Assembly: GCA_012295275.1 (NCBI GenBank)
Contig: CM022674.1
Coordinates: 14,818,001 to 14,882,000, forward strand
Direction of reading: 5' to 3'
Source of the DNA: Chrysomallon squamiferum
Lineage: Eukaryota > Animalia > Mollusca
DNA length: 64,000 nucleotides
Below the pieces are notes generated by a model. That model was not told where the DNA came from. It worked only from the letters and a program-made list of their open reading frames with translations, and made no database searches. Made by a program: the position numbers and the translations under genes. Positions 1 to 13,782 of the stretch are shown one piece after another. Within the stretch, counting starts at the first letter, position 1; every line of letters starts with the position of its first letter.

Positions 1-76
1 TGTTCAGTAGATTAACTGTAGACTTTTTTCATTAAGTGGTTGGAATGGGATTTATGAGAATTTCTTTTCATTTCAG

Positions 77-3000
77 TTAACTGTCCCAGTGCTGAACCGT
101 TTTACTGTGGACGAGACTTGCTGCCGTCTTCATGTCACAACTACGCCAACGTGCCGTCACTGTGTCCGTACATGTGTGGCCTCTGCAGTACGCAAACCTT
201 TTCATATCAGTTAAAATGTGAAAAATGCTTCACGGCACTGTAGTGAAAAGTTAACACTTTTCATAATTTATACAATACTCTCTGCCACTGTAGTAAAAGT
301 TGTGTTAAATATACACAAAACAGTTGTTTGTGGTAAATGTAGACAAAACTATTGTAACAGTTAAATGTAGATAATAACAGTAATTTGTATTAAATGTAGA
401 CAGTAACAGTAATTTGTATTAAATGTAGATAATAACAGTAATTTGTATTAAATGTAGACAGTAACAGTAATTTGTATTAAATGTAGACAATAACAGTAAT
501 TTGTATTAAATGTAGATAATAACAGTAATTTGTATTAAATGTAGACAGTAACAGTAATTTGTATTAAATGTAGACAGTAACAGTAATTTGTATTAAATGT
601 AGATAATAACAGTAATTTGTGCTAAATGTAGATAACAGTGTGTTTTTGATTTAATTTGAAGAAAAAAAAGTTAAAGAAGATAAAGAAATGAATTACGTAA
701 CAGGAGAAATAACAGTTTTTAAGTCAGAGTTTGGCTGTGAATACACTGGAAAACGTGCATCAGTAGGTAAATACCATTTCAGCATAAAAACACACACACA
801 TAATAAATACATGTATACACAGATATAATACATACATGCATACACACACAAACACGAGACACACACACATAATAAATACATGTATACACACCACCATAAA
901 TACACATCACACCATGCGTATACCAACATACAGGAACCCAACACGTAACACACATTCACTCCAAACTGTACAGTTCACAGCACACGTACACTACAGAAAC
1001 ACAGACACAGATACACATCATGTATTGTATAGTGACAGCTTCTATTCTTCCCTCATTCCTTGATATCCAAAATACACACGGATTCACTATACACATACAA
1101 AACACATACGATATGGAATATATACATATATCACACCAACATAAACATATGATTATACACATATGCTCCATATTTCTTCTTGATAAGAGAAAACATTTTC
1201 TTTTAATTAATAAGAATGCAAGGGAAATAATCCATTAAACACATGTATTTGTTTTTCAACAAAATCTCAAGTAGTCCACTTTAAATTTGAACACGAAGGT
1301 TATTAATGCCCGTTTCATCATGATTCCTTGTATTTTTATTTGTTTTTTAATTTAATTTTTTATAAACTCTTATTGCATTCTGTTCTTCCTGTACAAATAA
1401 CTGAAGAAACAAACTAGCTAACTCAGCGCAATTTAAACGAAAGCAAGAAATAAGAAGACAATAATGTATTTCTAAGATCACAAATGAGCAAATGAATGTT
1501 ATATAAATGTTTATCTACTTACTATTATTGTGTAAAAACAGAAGAATGTAAGAATTATGGTGACCATGGTAACGACATCTCGTACTGCGGCAGTGTTGGT
1601 GGCGACATTGACTGCGGTGACTGCAGTGACTTTTATAACATCAAGCGAGACTACTGTCCTGTGATGTGTGGCCTCTGTGACCGTAAGTAACTCATACTCA
1701 GCACTCCTAGACTGGTTTCACTGTCATACTCAGCACTCCTAGACTGGTTTCACTGTCATACTCAGCACTCCTAGACTGGTTTCACTGTCATACTCAGCAC
1801 TCCTAGACTGGTTTCACTGTCATACTCAGCACTCCTAGACTGGTTTCACTGTCATACTCAGCACTCCTAGACTGGTTTCACTGTCATACTCAGCACTCCT
1901 AGACTGGTTTCACTGTCATACTCAACACTCCTAGACTGGTTTCACTGTCATACTCTACACTCCTAGACTGGTTTCACTGTCATACTCAACACTCCTAGAC
2001 TGGTTTCACTGTCATACTCAACATTCCTAGACTGGTTTCACTGTCATACTCAACATTCCTAGACTGGTTTCACTGTCATACTCTACAATCCTAGACTGGT
2101 TTCTACAATCCTAGACTGGTTTCATTGTCATACTCTACACTCCTAGACTGGTTTCAATGTCATACTCTACAATCCTAGACTGGTTTCACTGTCATACTCA
2201 ACACTCCTAGACTGGTTTCACTGTCATACTCAACACTCCTAGACTGGTTTCACTGTCATACTCAACAATCCTAGACTGGTTTCATTGTCATACTCAACAA
2301 TCCTAGACTGGTTTCATTGTCATACTCAACAATCCTAGACTGGTTTCATTGTCATACTCAAGAATCCTAGACTGGTTTCATTGTTATACTCAACCAATCC
2401 TAGAATGATTTCTTTGTTATATTCGACCAATCCTTACCTTAATGTGTTTCTTCGTTGTTGTTTTTTTGTTGTTTTTTTGTTGTTTTTTGTTTTTATTATT
2501 ATTTAATATAATATTTTCGATAATCAACAAATCATTTTTATAGTACAATTTACTAATCAGCATAAGCTTCTGAAGCATGGTAAATCAAAAATAAAATGTG
2601 GATGGTGTGGCTGTATTATTATACTTCTGAATTTCAGTTATCTCTTTGTGTTAATGTATTGATTCAGCTCAGATTTGTCAAGTGATGTGAAAATTGTTAT
2701 TTACCAGCGCCGTGTGATGGCAAAAAGTGTTTGAACAGCGGACACCTCGACACAGAGACGTGCACCTGCACGTGCAGGACACCATACACAGGAGACAGGT
2801 GTGAGAAAGGTAAAAATACAAACACACACACACTCATATGTACAGACAGACACACACACTCATATGTACAGACAGATACACATACTCATATGTACAGACA
2901 GACACACACTCATATGTACAGACAGACACACACTCTCATATGTACAGACAGACACACACACTCATATGTACAGACAGACACACTCATATGTACAGACAGA

Positions 3001-4284
3001 CACACACACTCATATGTACAGACACACACACACTCATATGTACAGACAGACACACACACTCATATGTACAGACAGACACACACTCATATGTACAGACAGA
3101 CACACACTCTCATATGTACAGACAGACACACACACACTCATATATACAGACACACACTCATATGTACAGACATACACACACTCATATGTACAAACATACA
3201 TACACACATATGTACAGACATACATACACACATATGTACAGACACACACACACACTCATATTACAGACACACATACACTCATATGTACAGACACACACAC
3301 ACTCATATGTACAGACACACACACACACACTCATATGTACAGAGATACATACACACATATGTACAGACACACACACACTCATATGTACAGACAGACACAC
3401 ACACACTCATATGTACAGACAGAAATACACACACTCATATGTACAGACACACACACACACTCATATGTACAGACACACACACACACTCATATGTACAGAG
3501 ATACATACACACATATGTACAGACACACACACTCATATGTACAGACACACACACACTCATATGTACAGACAGACACACACACACTCATATATACAGACAG
3601 ACACACACTCATATGTACATACATACACACACTCATATGTACAGACATACATACACACATATGTACAGACATACATACACACATATGTACAGACACACAC
3701 ACTCATATGTACAGACACACACACACTCATATGTACAGACACACACACACTCATATGTACAGACATACATACACACACTCATATGTACAGACACACACAC
3801 TTATATGTACAGACAGACACACACACTTATATGTACAGACATACACACATGTACATACATAGATACACACATAGATACATAAACACAGATAAACACATAT
3901 ACACACATAAACAAACACACACAAATTAAATAACAGGATGGAGATGGAAATATAAGTGAGAAACGATATAACACATATTAACTTAGATCAGAATTGTACA
4001 GAACAGTTGTAACATCAGCGGTTTGTTTTGGCCGCTGTATAACACAGCCTGCAGAATTCAGTACTTAAGCATTATTATTCTCACAACTGATCAAGTCAGT
4101 ATTTAAATTATTTTTATTTTCACAGATGATTTAATTATTTTTCTTTCATCATTTTTATTATTTGTCTTTGACAGTTGACTGTCCACAAGCTGACCCCTTC
4201 TACTGCGCCTGGTACTCACTAACTCACTGCAGCAACTACGTCAACTTTCCTGCGATATGTCCTTACCTCTGTGGCATCTGCTGA
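77..4284 (+). CDS. 3' part of a secreted-type cysteine-rich protein: ShK - ShK - EGF-like - ShK (5' exons lie outside the window; possibly CAP/CRISP-type)
   Basis: Four AG/GT-bounded exons joined in phase 1: 77-187 (NCPSAEPFYCGRDLLPSSCHNYANVPSLCPYMCGLC), 1542-1682 (ECKNYGDHGNDISYCGSVGGDIDCGDCSDFYNIKRDYCPVMCGLCD), 2708-2809 (PCDGKKCLNSGHLDTETCTCTCRTPYTGDRCEK, EGF C-x-C..G..C pattern) and 4175-4284 (VDCPQADPFYCAWYSLTHCSNYVNFPAICPYLCGIC-TGA). CPxxCGxC is the ShK terminal motif. Confidence 0.85.
362..636. repeat. 29-bp intronic minisatellite, ~9 copies
   Basis: Unit TAAATGTAGA(T/C)A(A/G)TAACAGTAATTTGTAT repeated head to tail. Confidence 0.95.
1692..2410. repeat. 32-bp intronic minisatellite, ~22 copies
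   Basis: Unit CATACTCAGCACTCCTAGACTGGTTTCACTGT, contiguous with no spacers; it diverges progressively towards the 3' end. Confidence 0.95.
2815..3925. repeat. (CA)n-derived minisatellite with ~22-28-bp units
   Basis: Core CTCATATGTACAGAC separated by variable CA runs; the source of the spurious 350-380-aa His/Thr ORFs. Confidence 0.95.
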
Positions 4285-4974
4285 AAAGTCACATGATTTG
4301 ATGACGTCATAAAAATCACATGATAGGCAGTCTTTACAGCTTCCTCCATGGCGTGCTAATATGTTATGTCAAAACAAAACAAAGAAAATGAATATAAATA
4401 CGGTTTTGGATTTTAATGATTTTTCGTTTTCATTCTTTCTTTCTCTTTTCTGTTTTTGTCCTTAGGGAATTTTTAGACTTTTTTATATTTTTTTTTTTTG
4501 TTCCTACCCTTTTGAAGATTTCGAATATTAGACAACAAACAATGGAAATATGATCTAAAGCCGACTGTGACGATTTTATATGTAAAATTTAACAGTCTCA
4601 CGGAAACATATTTTTTTTATTTATTAAAAAAAAATACATTCTTAGTTATCTTCATTAGTAAAAACTGTCCAAAACACCAATAATTAAATATTAATAAAAC
4701 AACTATCCCTAAAAACAATACAGAGTTATCTCTAACGTAATTTCGTAGTAAATAATACTTTCGTTCATTGTAATAATCATATTTACTGTACCACTATATT
4801 GTTATTACACCACCATTCTACCCGTACTATTACAACAAAAGTGTTGTAATGCTATTATCAGAACAAATGTGTTACAATATTACCATTACTCAAAAGCCAT
4901 AACACAAAACTGCATCAAAACATCATTACCTCAATATTATTCTTACCACCATTATTATCATTATACTATTATTA

Positions 4975-5440
4975 CCCACAAAACTATTATACTACAACTA
5001 TTTCAATACTATCTCTATCATCACTATTGCAACAGCACTACTAGTAAACTCCACAAAACTATTATACTACAACTATTTCAATACTAACTATCTCTATCAT
5101 CACTATTGCAACAGCACTACTAGTAAACTCCACAAAACTATTATACTACAACTATTTCAATATAACTATCTCTATCATCACTATTGCAACAGCACTACTA
5201 GTAAACTCCACAAAACTATTATACTACAACTATTTCAATATAACTATCTCTATCATCACTATTGCAACAGCACTACTAGTAAACTCCACAAAACTATTAT
5301 ACTACAACTATTTCAATATAACTATCTCTATCATCACTATTGCAACAGCACTACTAGTAAACTCCACAAAACTATTATACTACAACTATTTCAATATAAC
5401 TATCTCTATCATCACTATTGCAACAGCACTACTAGTAAAC
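4975..5440. repeat. 78-bp minisatellite, ~6 copies
   Basis: Unit CCACAAAACTATTATACTACAACTATTTCAATA...CACTACTAGTAAACT recurs at 5051, 5130, 5208 and onwards. Confidence 0.9.
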
Positions 5441-5749
5441 CCTATTATAACAAAACCACTGCGAGGGCAGCCAAAATAAATAGATAAATAGATAGATAGA
5501 TAGATCGATAAATAAATAGATAACTAAAAAAATAAATAGTTAAATAAATAATAGATAGATCAATAATAGATAGATAGATAAAAAGATAAATAGATAGATA
5601 GATAGATAAATAAATAGAAAAATAAATAATAGAAAGATAAATAATACATAGAAAAATACAAAAAAACTAGATAGATACATAAATAAATAAATAGATAAAT
5701 AAATAAATAGATAAATAAATATATAAATAAACATATAAATAAATTATAA

Positions 5750-8700
5750 CTTGAAAAACTTTGAAAATCGAATTTTTCAAGTTTCGTTGAAAATGCTGGG
5801 GTACCTTTTTCAAAGTGCAATAACTTTTTCCGAGCACGTGGGAAAAATCGGGCGCACATACCAAAAAATGGGGCAAGGGTTGCCCGACACGTCAAAAAAA
5901 GTGCCGCACGCCCCACCTAAGGGGAACAACTCGTTTCCGACACGTGCACAAAAACGCACATGTTTTGAAAATTTGCTTTTTTTTTTTTCAAACGCATTTT
6001 CAAAAGGTGCAGCACCTTTGGTAAATGTTGGAAACGTTTTGCCACACACCCCGCCCCGACGGCGCGCACCTTTTGCACACGTCGAAATATTTTTCCCGAC
6101 CAAACGGAAAGTGCCACACGGATTTTCAACTTTTGAAAATCGAATTTTTTCAAGTTTCGTTGAAAATGCTAGGGGTACCTTTTTCAAAGTGCAATAACTT
6201 TTTCCGAGCACGTGGGAAAAATCGGGCGCACATACCCAAAAGTGGGGCAAGGGTTGCCCGACACGGGTCAAAAGTGCCGCACGCCCCACCCAAGGGGAAC
6301 AACTCGTTTCCGACACGTGCACAAAAACGCACATGTTTTGAAAATTTGCTTTTTTTTTCAAACGCATTTTCAAAAGGTGCAGCACCTTTGGTAAATGTTG
6401 GAAACGTTTTTGCCACACTCGCCCCGACGGCGCGCACCTTTTGCACACGTCGAAATATTTTTCCCGACCAAACGGAAAAGTGCCACACGGATTTTCAACT
6501 TTTGAAAATCGAATTTTTTCAAGTTTCGTTGAAAATGCTAGGGGTACCTTTTTCAAAGTGCAATAACTTTTTCCGAGCACGTGGAAAAAAAAAATCGGGC
6601 GCACATAAAAAAGTGGGGGGGGGTTGCCCGACACGGGTCAAAAGTGCCGCACGCCCCCACCTAAGGGGAACAACTCGTTTCCGACACGTGCACAAAAAAC
6701 GCACATGTTTTTGAAAATTTGCTCGTTTTTTTTCAAACGCATTTTCAAAAGGTGCAGCACCTTTGGTAAATGTTGGAAACGTTTTTGCCACACTCGCCCG
6801 CCCCGACGGCGCGCACGTTTTTTGCACATCGTCGAAATATTTTTCCCGACCAAACGGAAAAGCCACACACGGATTTTCAACTTTGAAAATCGAATTTTTT
6901 CAAGTTTCGTTGAAAATGCTAGGGGTACCTTTTTTTTCAAAGTGCAATAACTTTTTCCGAGCACGTGGGAAAAAAAATCGGGCGCACATACCCAAAAGTG
7001 GGGCAAGGGTTGCCCGACACGGGTCAAAAGTGCCGCACGCCCCACCCAAGGGGAACAACTCGTTTCCGACACGTGCACAAAAAACGCACATGTTTTTGAA
7101 AATTTGCTCGTTTTTTTTTCAAACGCATTTTCAAAAGGTGCAGCACCTTTGGTAAATGTTGAAACGTTTTTTTGCCACACCCCCGCCCGACGACGGCGCG
7201 CGTTTTTGCACACGTCGAAATATTTTTCCCGACCAAACGGAAAAGCCACACGGATTTTCAACTTTGAAAATCGATTTTTTTTTCAAGTTTCGTTGAAAAT
7301 GCTAGGGGTACCTTTTTCAAAGTGCAATAACTTTTTCCGAGCACGTGGGAAAAATCGGGCGCACATACCCAAAAGTGGGGCAAGGGTTGCCCGACACGGG
7401 TCAAAAGTGCCGCACGCCCCACCTAAGGGGAACAACTCGTTTCCGACACGCACAAAAACGCACATGTTTTGAAAAAAATTTTGTTTTTTTTTTTTCAAAC
7501 GCATTTTCAAAAGGTGCAGCACCTTTGGTAAATGTTGGAAACGTTTTTGCCACACACTCGCCCCGACGGCGCGCACGTTTTTTGCACATCGTCGAAATAT
7601 TTTTTTTCCCGACCAAACGGAAAAGTGCCACACGGATTTTCAACTTTGAAAATCGAATTTTTTCAAGTTTCGTTGAAAATGCTAGGGGTACCTTTTTCAA
7701 AGTGCAATAACTTTTTCCGAGCACGTGGGAAAAATCGGGCGCGCATACCCAAAAGTGGGGCAAGGGTTGCCCGACACGGGTCAAAAGTGCCGCACGCCCC
7801 ACCCAAGGGGAACAACTCGTTTCCGACACGTGCACAAAAACGCACATGTTTTTGAAAATTTGCTCGTTTTTTTTTCAAACGCATTTTCAAAAGGTGCAGC
7901 ACCTTTGGTAAATGTTGGAAACGTTTTTGCCACACTCGCCCCGACGGCGCGCACCTTTTGCACACGTCGAAATATTTTTCCCGACCAAACGGAAAAAGTG
8001 CCACACGGATTTTCAACTTTTGAAAATCGAATTTTTTCAAGTTTCGTTGAAAATGCTAGGGGTACCTTTTTCAAAGTGCAATAACTTTTTCCGAGCACGT
8101 GGGAAAAATCGGGCGCACATACCCAAAAGTGGGGCAAGGGTTGCCCGACACGGGTCAAAAGTGCCGCACGCCCCACCTAAGGGGAACAACTCGTTTCCGA
8201 CACGTGCACAAAAAACGCACATGTTTTTGAAAATTTGCTCGTTTTTTTTTCAAACGCATTTTCAAAAGGTGCAGCACCTTTGGTAAATGTTGGAAACGTT
8301 TTTGCCACACTCGCCGCCCCGACGGCGCGCACCTTTTTGCACATCGTCGAAATATTTTTCCCGACCAAACGGAAAAGTGCCACACGGATTTTCAACTTTG
8401 AAAATCGAATTTTTCAAGTTTCGTTGAAAATGCTAGGGGTACCTTTTTCAAAGTGCAATAACTTTTCCGAGCACGTGGGAAAATCGGGCGCACATAAAAA
8501 AAGGGGGCAAGGGTTGCCCGACACGGGTCAAAAGTGCCGCACGCCCCACCCAAGGGGAACAACTCGTTTCCGACACGTGCACAAAAAACGCACATGTTTT
8601 TTGAAAATTTGCTTTTTTTTTTTTTTTCAAACGCATTTTCAAAAGGTGCAGCACCTTTGGTAAATGTTGGAAACGTTTTTTGCCACACTCGCCCCGCCCC

Positions 8701-10337
8701 GACGGCGCGCACCTTTTGCACACGTCGTCGAAATATTTTTCCCGACCAAACGGAAAGTGCCACACGGATTTTCAACTTTGAAAATCGAATTTTTTTTTCA
8801 AGTTTCGTTGAAAATGCTAGGGGTACCTTTTTTCAAAGTGCAATAACTTTTTCCGAGCACGTGGGAAAAATCGGGCGCACATACCCAAAAGTGGGGCAAG
8901 GGTTGCCCGACACGGGTCAAAAGTGCCGCACGCCCCACCCAAGGGGAACAACTCGTTTCCGACACGTGCACAAAAAAAACGCACATGTTTTTGAAAATTT
9001 GCTCGTTTTTTTTTTTTTTTCAAACGCATTTTCAAAAGGTGCAGCACCTTTGGTAAATGTTGGAAACGTTTTTGCCACACCCCGCCCCGACGGCGCGCCT
9101 TTTTTTTTTTGCACATCGTCGAAATATTTTTCCCGACCAAACGGAAAAGTGCCACACGGATTTTCAACTTTGAAAATCGAATTTTTCAAGTTTCGTTGAA
9201 AATGCTAGGGGTACCTTTTTCAAAGTGCAACTTTTTTTTCCGAGCACGTGGGAAAAAATCGGGCGCACATACCCAAAAGGGGGGGGGTTGCCCGACACGG
9301 GTCAAAAGTGCCGCACGCCCCACCTAGGGGGGGAACAACTCGTTTCCGACACGTGCACAAAAACGCACATGTTTTGAAAATTTGCTCGTTTTTTTTCAAA
9401 CGCATTTTCAAAAGGTGCAGCACCTTTGGTAAATGTTGGAAACGTTTTTTTTGCCACACTCGCCGCCCGGACGGCGCGCACCTTGCACATCGTCGAAATA
9501 TTTTTCCCGACCAAACGGAAAAGTGCCACACGGATTTTCAACTTTGAAAATCGAATTTTTCAAGTTTCGTTGAAAATGCTAGGGGTACCTTTTTTCAAAG
9601 TGCAATTTTTTTTTTCCGAGCACATCGGGAAAAATCGGGCGCACATACCCAAAAGTGGGGCAAGGGTTGCCCCCGACACGGGTCAAAAAAGCCGCCGCAC
9701 GCCCCACCCAAGGGGGAACAACTGTTTCCGACACGCACAAAAAACGCACATGTTTTGAAAAATTTGCTCGTTTTTTTTTTTCAAACGCATTTTCAAAAGG
9801 TGCAGCACCTTTGGTAAATGTTGGAAACGTTTTTTTGCCACACTCGCCCCGACGGCGCGCACGTTTTTTGCACACGTCGAAATATTTTTCCCGACCAAAC
9901 GGAAAAGTGCCACACGGATTTTCAACTTTTGAAAATCGAATTTTTCAAGTTTCGTTGAAAATGCTAGGGGTACCTTTTTCAAAGTGCAATAACTTTTTCC
10001 GAGCACGTGGGAAAAATCGGGCGCACATACCCAAAAGTGGGGCAAGGGTTGCCCGACACGGGTCAAAAGTGCCGCACGCCCCACCCAAGGGGAACAACTC
10101 GTTTCCGACACGTGCACAAAAAACGCACATGTTTTTGAAAATTTGCTCGTTTTTTTTTCAAACGCATTTTCAAAAGGTGCAGCACCTTTGGTAAATGTTG
10201 GAAACGTTTTTGCCACACTCGCCCCGACGGCGCGCACGTTTTGCACACGTCGAAATATTTTTCCCGACCAAACGGAAAAGTGCCACACGGATTTTCAACT
10301 TTTGAAAATCGAAATTTTTCAAGTTTCATTAAAATGC
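5750..10337. repeat. Satellite DNA array, ~375-bp monomer, ~12 copies, truncated by the gap
   Basis: Anchor GAAAATCGAATTTTTCAAGTTTCGTTGAAAATGCT recurs near 5763, 6135, 6503, 6885, 7265, 7648, 8023, 8400, 8780, 9172, 9546, 9931 and 10303. It is CpG-rich with A/T tracts; copies differ mostly in homopolymer length. Confidence 0.95.
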
Positions 10338-10537
10338 NNNNNNNNNNNNNNNNNNNNNNNNNNNNNNNNNNNNNNNNNNNNNNNNNNNNNNNNNNNNNNN
10401 NNNNNNNNNNNNNNNNNNNNNNNNNNNNNNNNNNNNNNNNNNNNNNNNNNNNNNNNNNNNNNNNNNNNNNNNNNNNNNNNNNNNNNNNNNNNNNNNNNNN
10501 NNNNNNNNNNNNNNNNNNNNNNNNNNNNNNNNNNNNN
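10338..10537. other. Assembly/scaffolding gap (200 N)
   Basis: Exactly 200 N, typical of a fixed-size scaffold join; the true size is unknown. Confidence 0.98.
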
Positions 10538-11061
10538 GTAAATATAATAATTGATGCTAAATAAAAGCTGTACTAGTATTAGTAGTAATAGTAGAAATAT
10601 AATAGTAATAGAGCTGTAGCAGTAATAATAATAGTAGTAATAGTAGCAGTAATATCTGTAGCAATGGTGCTGGTGATATAACTAATGGTAATAGTAGAAG
10701 TACTAGTAACAGTGCTATTACTAGTAATATCTGTAATAGTATTAATAATTATAGTAGCTGCAATAACAGAAATAGAAAACTAGTAAGTTGTACTAAAAAT
10801 AGAATAGTAGCAGTTGTAGTTGTAGTAATAGAAGTAGCTACAACATTAGTAGTAGTACTATTAATAATAGGTGTAGAAGTAATAGCAGCAGCCGTATTTG
10901 TAGTAGTAGTAGAAATATTAGTAGTAAAATTATGTAATATTTGTAGTAGTTGTATTAGCAGTAGTAGTATTAGTAGTAGCAGTAGTAGTAGTAGTAATAG
11001 TGGTAGTCATTGTGGTGCTAGTAGTATTTTAATTAATAGCAGTAACGATTTATATATTCAG

Positions 11062-12559
11062 GAATTATCAGAATTCAGTGTTATTCTCCAAACAAGATAA
11101 CTACCATAGATTCGTCTACGTCATCAACGACATCAACAACAAATCCTAAATCATCATCAACATCATCACCTGAAACAACTAGCCAAGACTCAACAGTGAA
11201 AACAGAAACTGTGAAGCAGACATCAGATGAAAGACAACTGCCAGGTTGTTATGTCTCATTTAATATCCTGTTTTCTGTCTGAGTGCGGGCTGTAGTCCAG
11301 TGGTTAGAGTGATGATTTGTGTATTGATAGGTCCTTTGCATACTTATTGATCTACTGTTTGTGATATGTATTGGTCGACCACTCGTTTATCAAAGACCAA
11401 GGTGTGAATGTTCTGTTTGTGAGAAGGTACATACAAAAACATCCTTTGCTTTTTTCTTTTTCTTTTTTTTTTGTTGTCATACAGAATGAAATTAGACATT
11501 TTACTTACTAAAAAAATTGCTATTGTTGTTATTGTTATTGTTGTTGATGCTGATTATAAATATATTGTTTTGTTTTGTCCTTAGTTGGGGCTATTGGAGG
11601 GGCAACTGCTGGTGCCGTGGTTGTTGTGGTCGCTGTCGTCATAGTCGTCGTTGTATTCAAAAGGTAATGGATATAAATGAATAAATAAATAAATAATAAA
11701 TAAATAAATAAATAAATAAATAAAAAATGTATTATATCTTCTTCTTTTGTTTTAAATTTCAACCAATCATTAATAAGCTAATAAGGTTCAGCTCACTTAA
11801 ATTATTACTGTTTTTAAATGTGCCACAAAAGTAATCAACACATTGAGAAAAATAACAAACACTTTTTTTGCAATCCATTTCAGACGTCGACAAAGAAACA
11901 AACACACAAACAACGTCGACAGAAACGTTACGGAATACTGCAACGTCAACCCAGACACAGAACTTCATACAGTCAACGACACTCACGGACAAACATCTAC
12001 AGCTACCGCAACAGTTATCTGCATCGAAAACGAACTGTACAGTGCGACACACGATGAAGACAATTTTACTTCTCCATCAAACACGTTCTCCTTAGTTGAC
12101 GAAGAAAATGGCGACCCGACTGTGAAAAATCAAGGAAATGATCGGAAGAAGAAGCAAACGGAAAACGAAAACAAAAAAGCTGAGGTAAAGAAAAAAGCTG
12201 AGATAAAGGAAAAAGCTGAGATAAAGGAAACGACAGAATCGAGTGATTATTCTAGCAAACAAACACGTCCACAACAGGACGATGATGCTGGTTTGTACGC
12301 TGCAGTGAACAAAGACAAGAAAGGAAGGAAAGACGTAGGTGCAAAAGATGAAGTCGCCAACGAGCCAGGCGATTTGTACGCCGTCGTTGATAAAAGCAAG
12401 AAGAAGAACAAACGTCCAGCAAAGACAGCGCCCTCTGGTGACATCTACACTCTCGTTCAGAAACCAGACAACTCTCAGAAGAAAGACACAGAAGAAATGT
12501 CTGGAGATATTTACACTGAAGTCAAGAAACCAAAAAAATTAAATAAAATAAAAAAATGA
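11062..12559 (+). CDS. R1: type-I membrane receptor, 3' part (stalk, TM, T1 tyrosine tail); 5' exons lost at the gap
   Basis: Exons: 11062-11244 (IIRIQCYSPNK..S/T stalk..QLP), 11585-11663 (VGAIGGATAGAVVVVVAVVIVVVVFKR) and 11884-12559 (RRQR..TEYCNV..ELYSAT..GLYAAVNK..DLYAVVDK..DIYTLVQK..DIYTEVKK..stop). Phases 1 and 2 are consistent and the frame is open. Confidence 0.8.
11283..11450 (+). mobile_element. Degenerate tRNA-derived SINE (RUDI/V-core-like); related remnants at ~37495-37630 and its inverted copy
   Basis: A-box-like GGGCTGTAGTCCAGTGGTTAGAG head and a 3' TGTTTGTGAGAAGGTACATACAAAAACATCCTTTGCT resembling the V-core TGTGGGATGGTGCATATAAAAGATCCCTTGCT. This match is recalled from memory, not searched. 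Confidence 0.4.
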
Positions 12560-13719
12560 AGTTTTTGCAGATTTTTTCACTGAATGAAGAACTAAATAAA
12601 AATAAAAATAAAAAGGGACGTTCTGGAGAATATTTACAATGAACAAAAAAGTTGATGTTCTGGGACATCTTTAAACAGCAACTACAACAATAAAAACAAC
12701 AAAATAATTGCTGTCATGCTTTAAGACAACTATAAATATAAAGTGCTTTTGCGTGTACTGGAAATAGAGAAACAATCTTTCGCTTAAAATACTACTACTA
12801 TTACTATTACTAATAATATTAATTATAATAATAAAAATCGAACACCCCACTTTTGCAAACTCATTAATTCTGCCTTTCACTTATGCATCTTGGATATTGT
12901 AGGAAGTGGCATCGAATCTCTGTGCATTTTACTATCCAAAGAACACATGTGTTCAGTCAGTATGTACAGATATGTTTAAATTCTAAATTGTATTATGCCT
13001 CTTTTAGAAATGAAATTTTGAATGCAGATGCAGCAACCCTCTTTTGTTATTTTTTTCAGTTTTTTTTCTTTTTTTTGTTGGCTTTGTTTCTGTTTATTCA
13101 AGTTTGTTTCTGAAGTGATCATACAAATGTTAAATGTCGCTGAAAAGACTCGAACGCGTGACCCAGTCTGCCACATAATGGGGATGACTAAAGGGAGACA
13201 TATCTTGCGTGTGTTTATTATTTTGCTTAACAACCTTTAAAGTATCTGTATGTCTGATTCACGAAGGCAAGTAACTAAGTAAATATGGGTGTCTGCCTTT
13301 GTGTGCGTGTCGGTATCTGTGTGTGCGTATGGTTATATATATATACATATATACATGTGTGTGCGTATACAGGAGCATGAATGTATGTGTGTATACATAT
13401 TTTTGTACATATGTATGTATAGATATATACGTATATGTATAATGTATGTATGTATGGATGGATGTACATCTATATACACATGCATGTATGTAAGTATATG
13501 TACGTAAATGTAAATATGTGTTTATGTATTATGTATATATGTATCCATTTACTGTTCTGTGTATGTTTCTATACATACATACATATCTATGTATGTACGT
13601 ATGTGCATTCATTATCTAATTATTTATTTACTTTTTATATCTTCAATCAGAAATACACATATAAAAATACATATAATAATAATAATAATAATAATAAAAA
13701 TCCTAACAACAACAACAAC

Positions 13720-13782
<63 letters not shown>

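Noticed and set aside
1692-2410. 32-bp repeat of CRISPR-like length
   Set aside because: Units are contiguous with no unique spacers, there are no cas genes, and it lies inside a spliceosomal intron.
2731-3929. 350-380-aa His/Thr-rich ORFs in three frames
   Set aside because: This is a CA-based intronic minisatellite; only 2708-2809 is a real (EGF) exon.
5751-10337. Many overlapping 60-274-aa ORFs on both strands
   Set aside because: They are read-throughs of a stop-poor satellite; frames shift with homopolymer length from copy to copy.
4284-11062. Functional linkage between the ShK gene and the receptor cluster
   Set aside because: They are separated by a satellite and a gap of unknown size, so true distance and adjacency are unverified.
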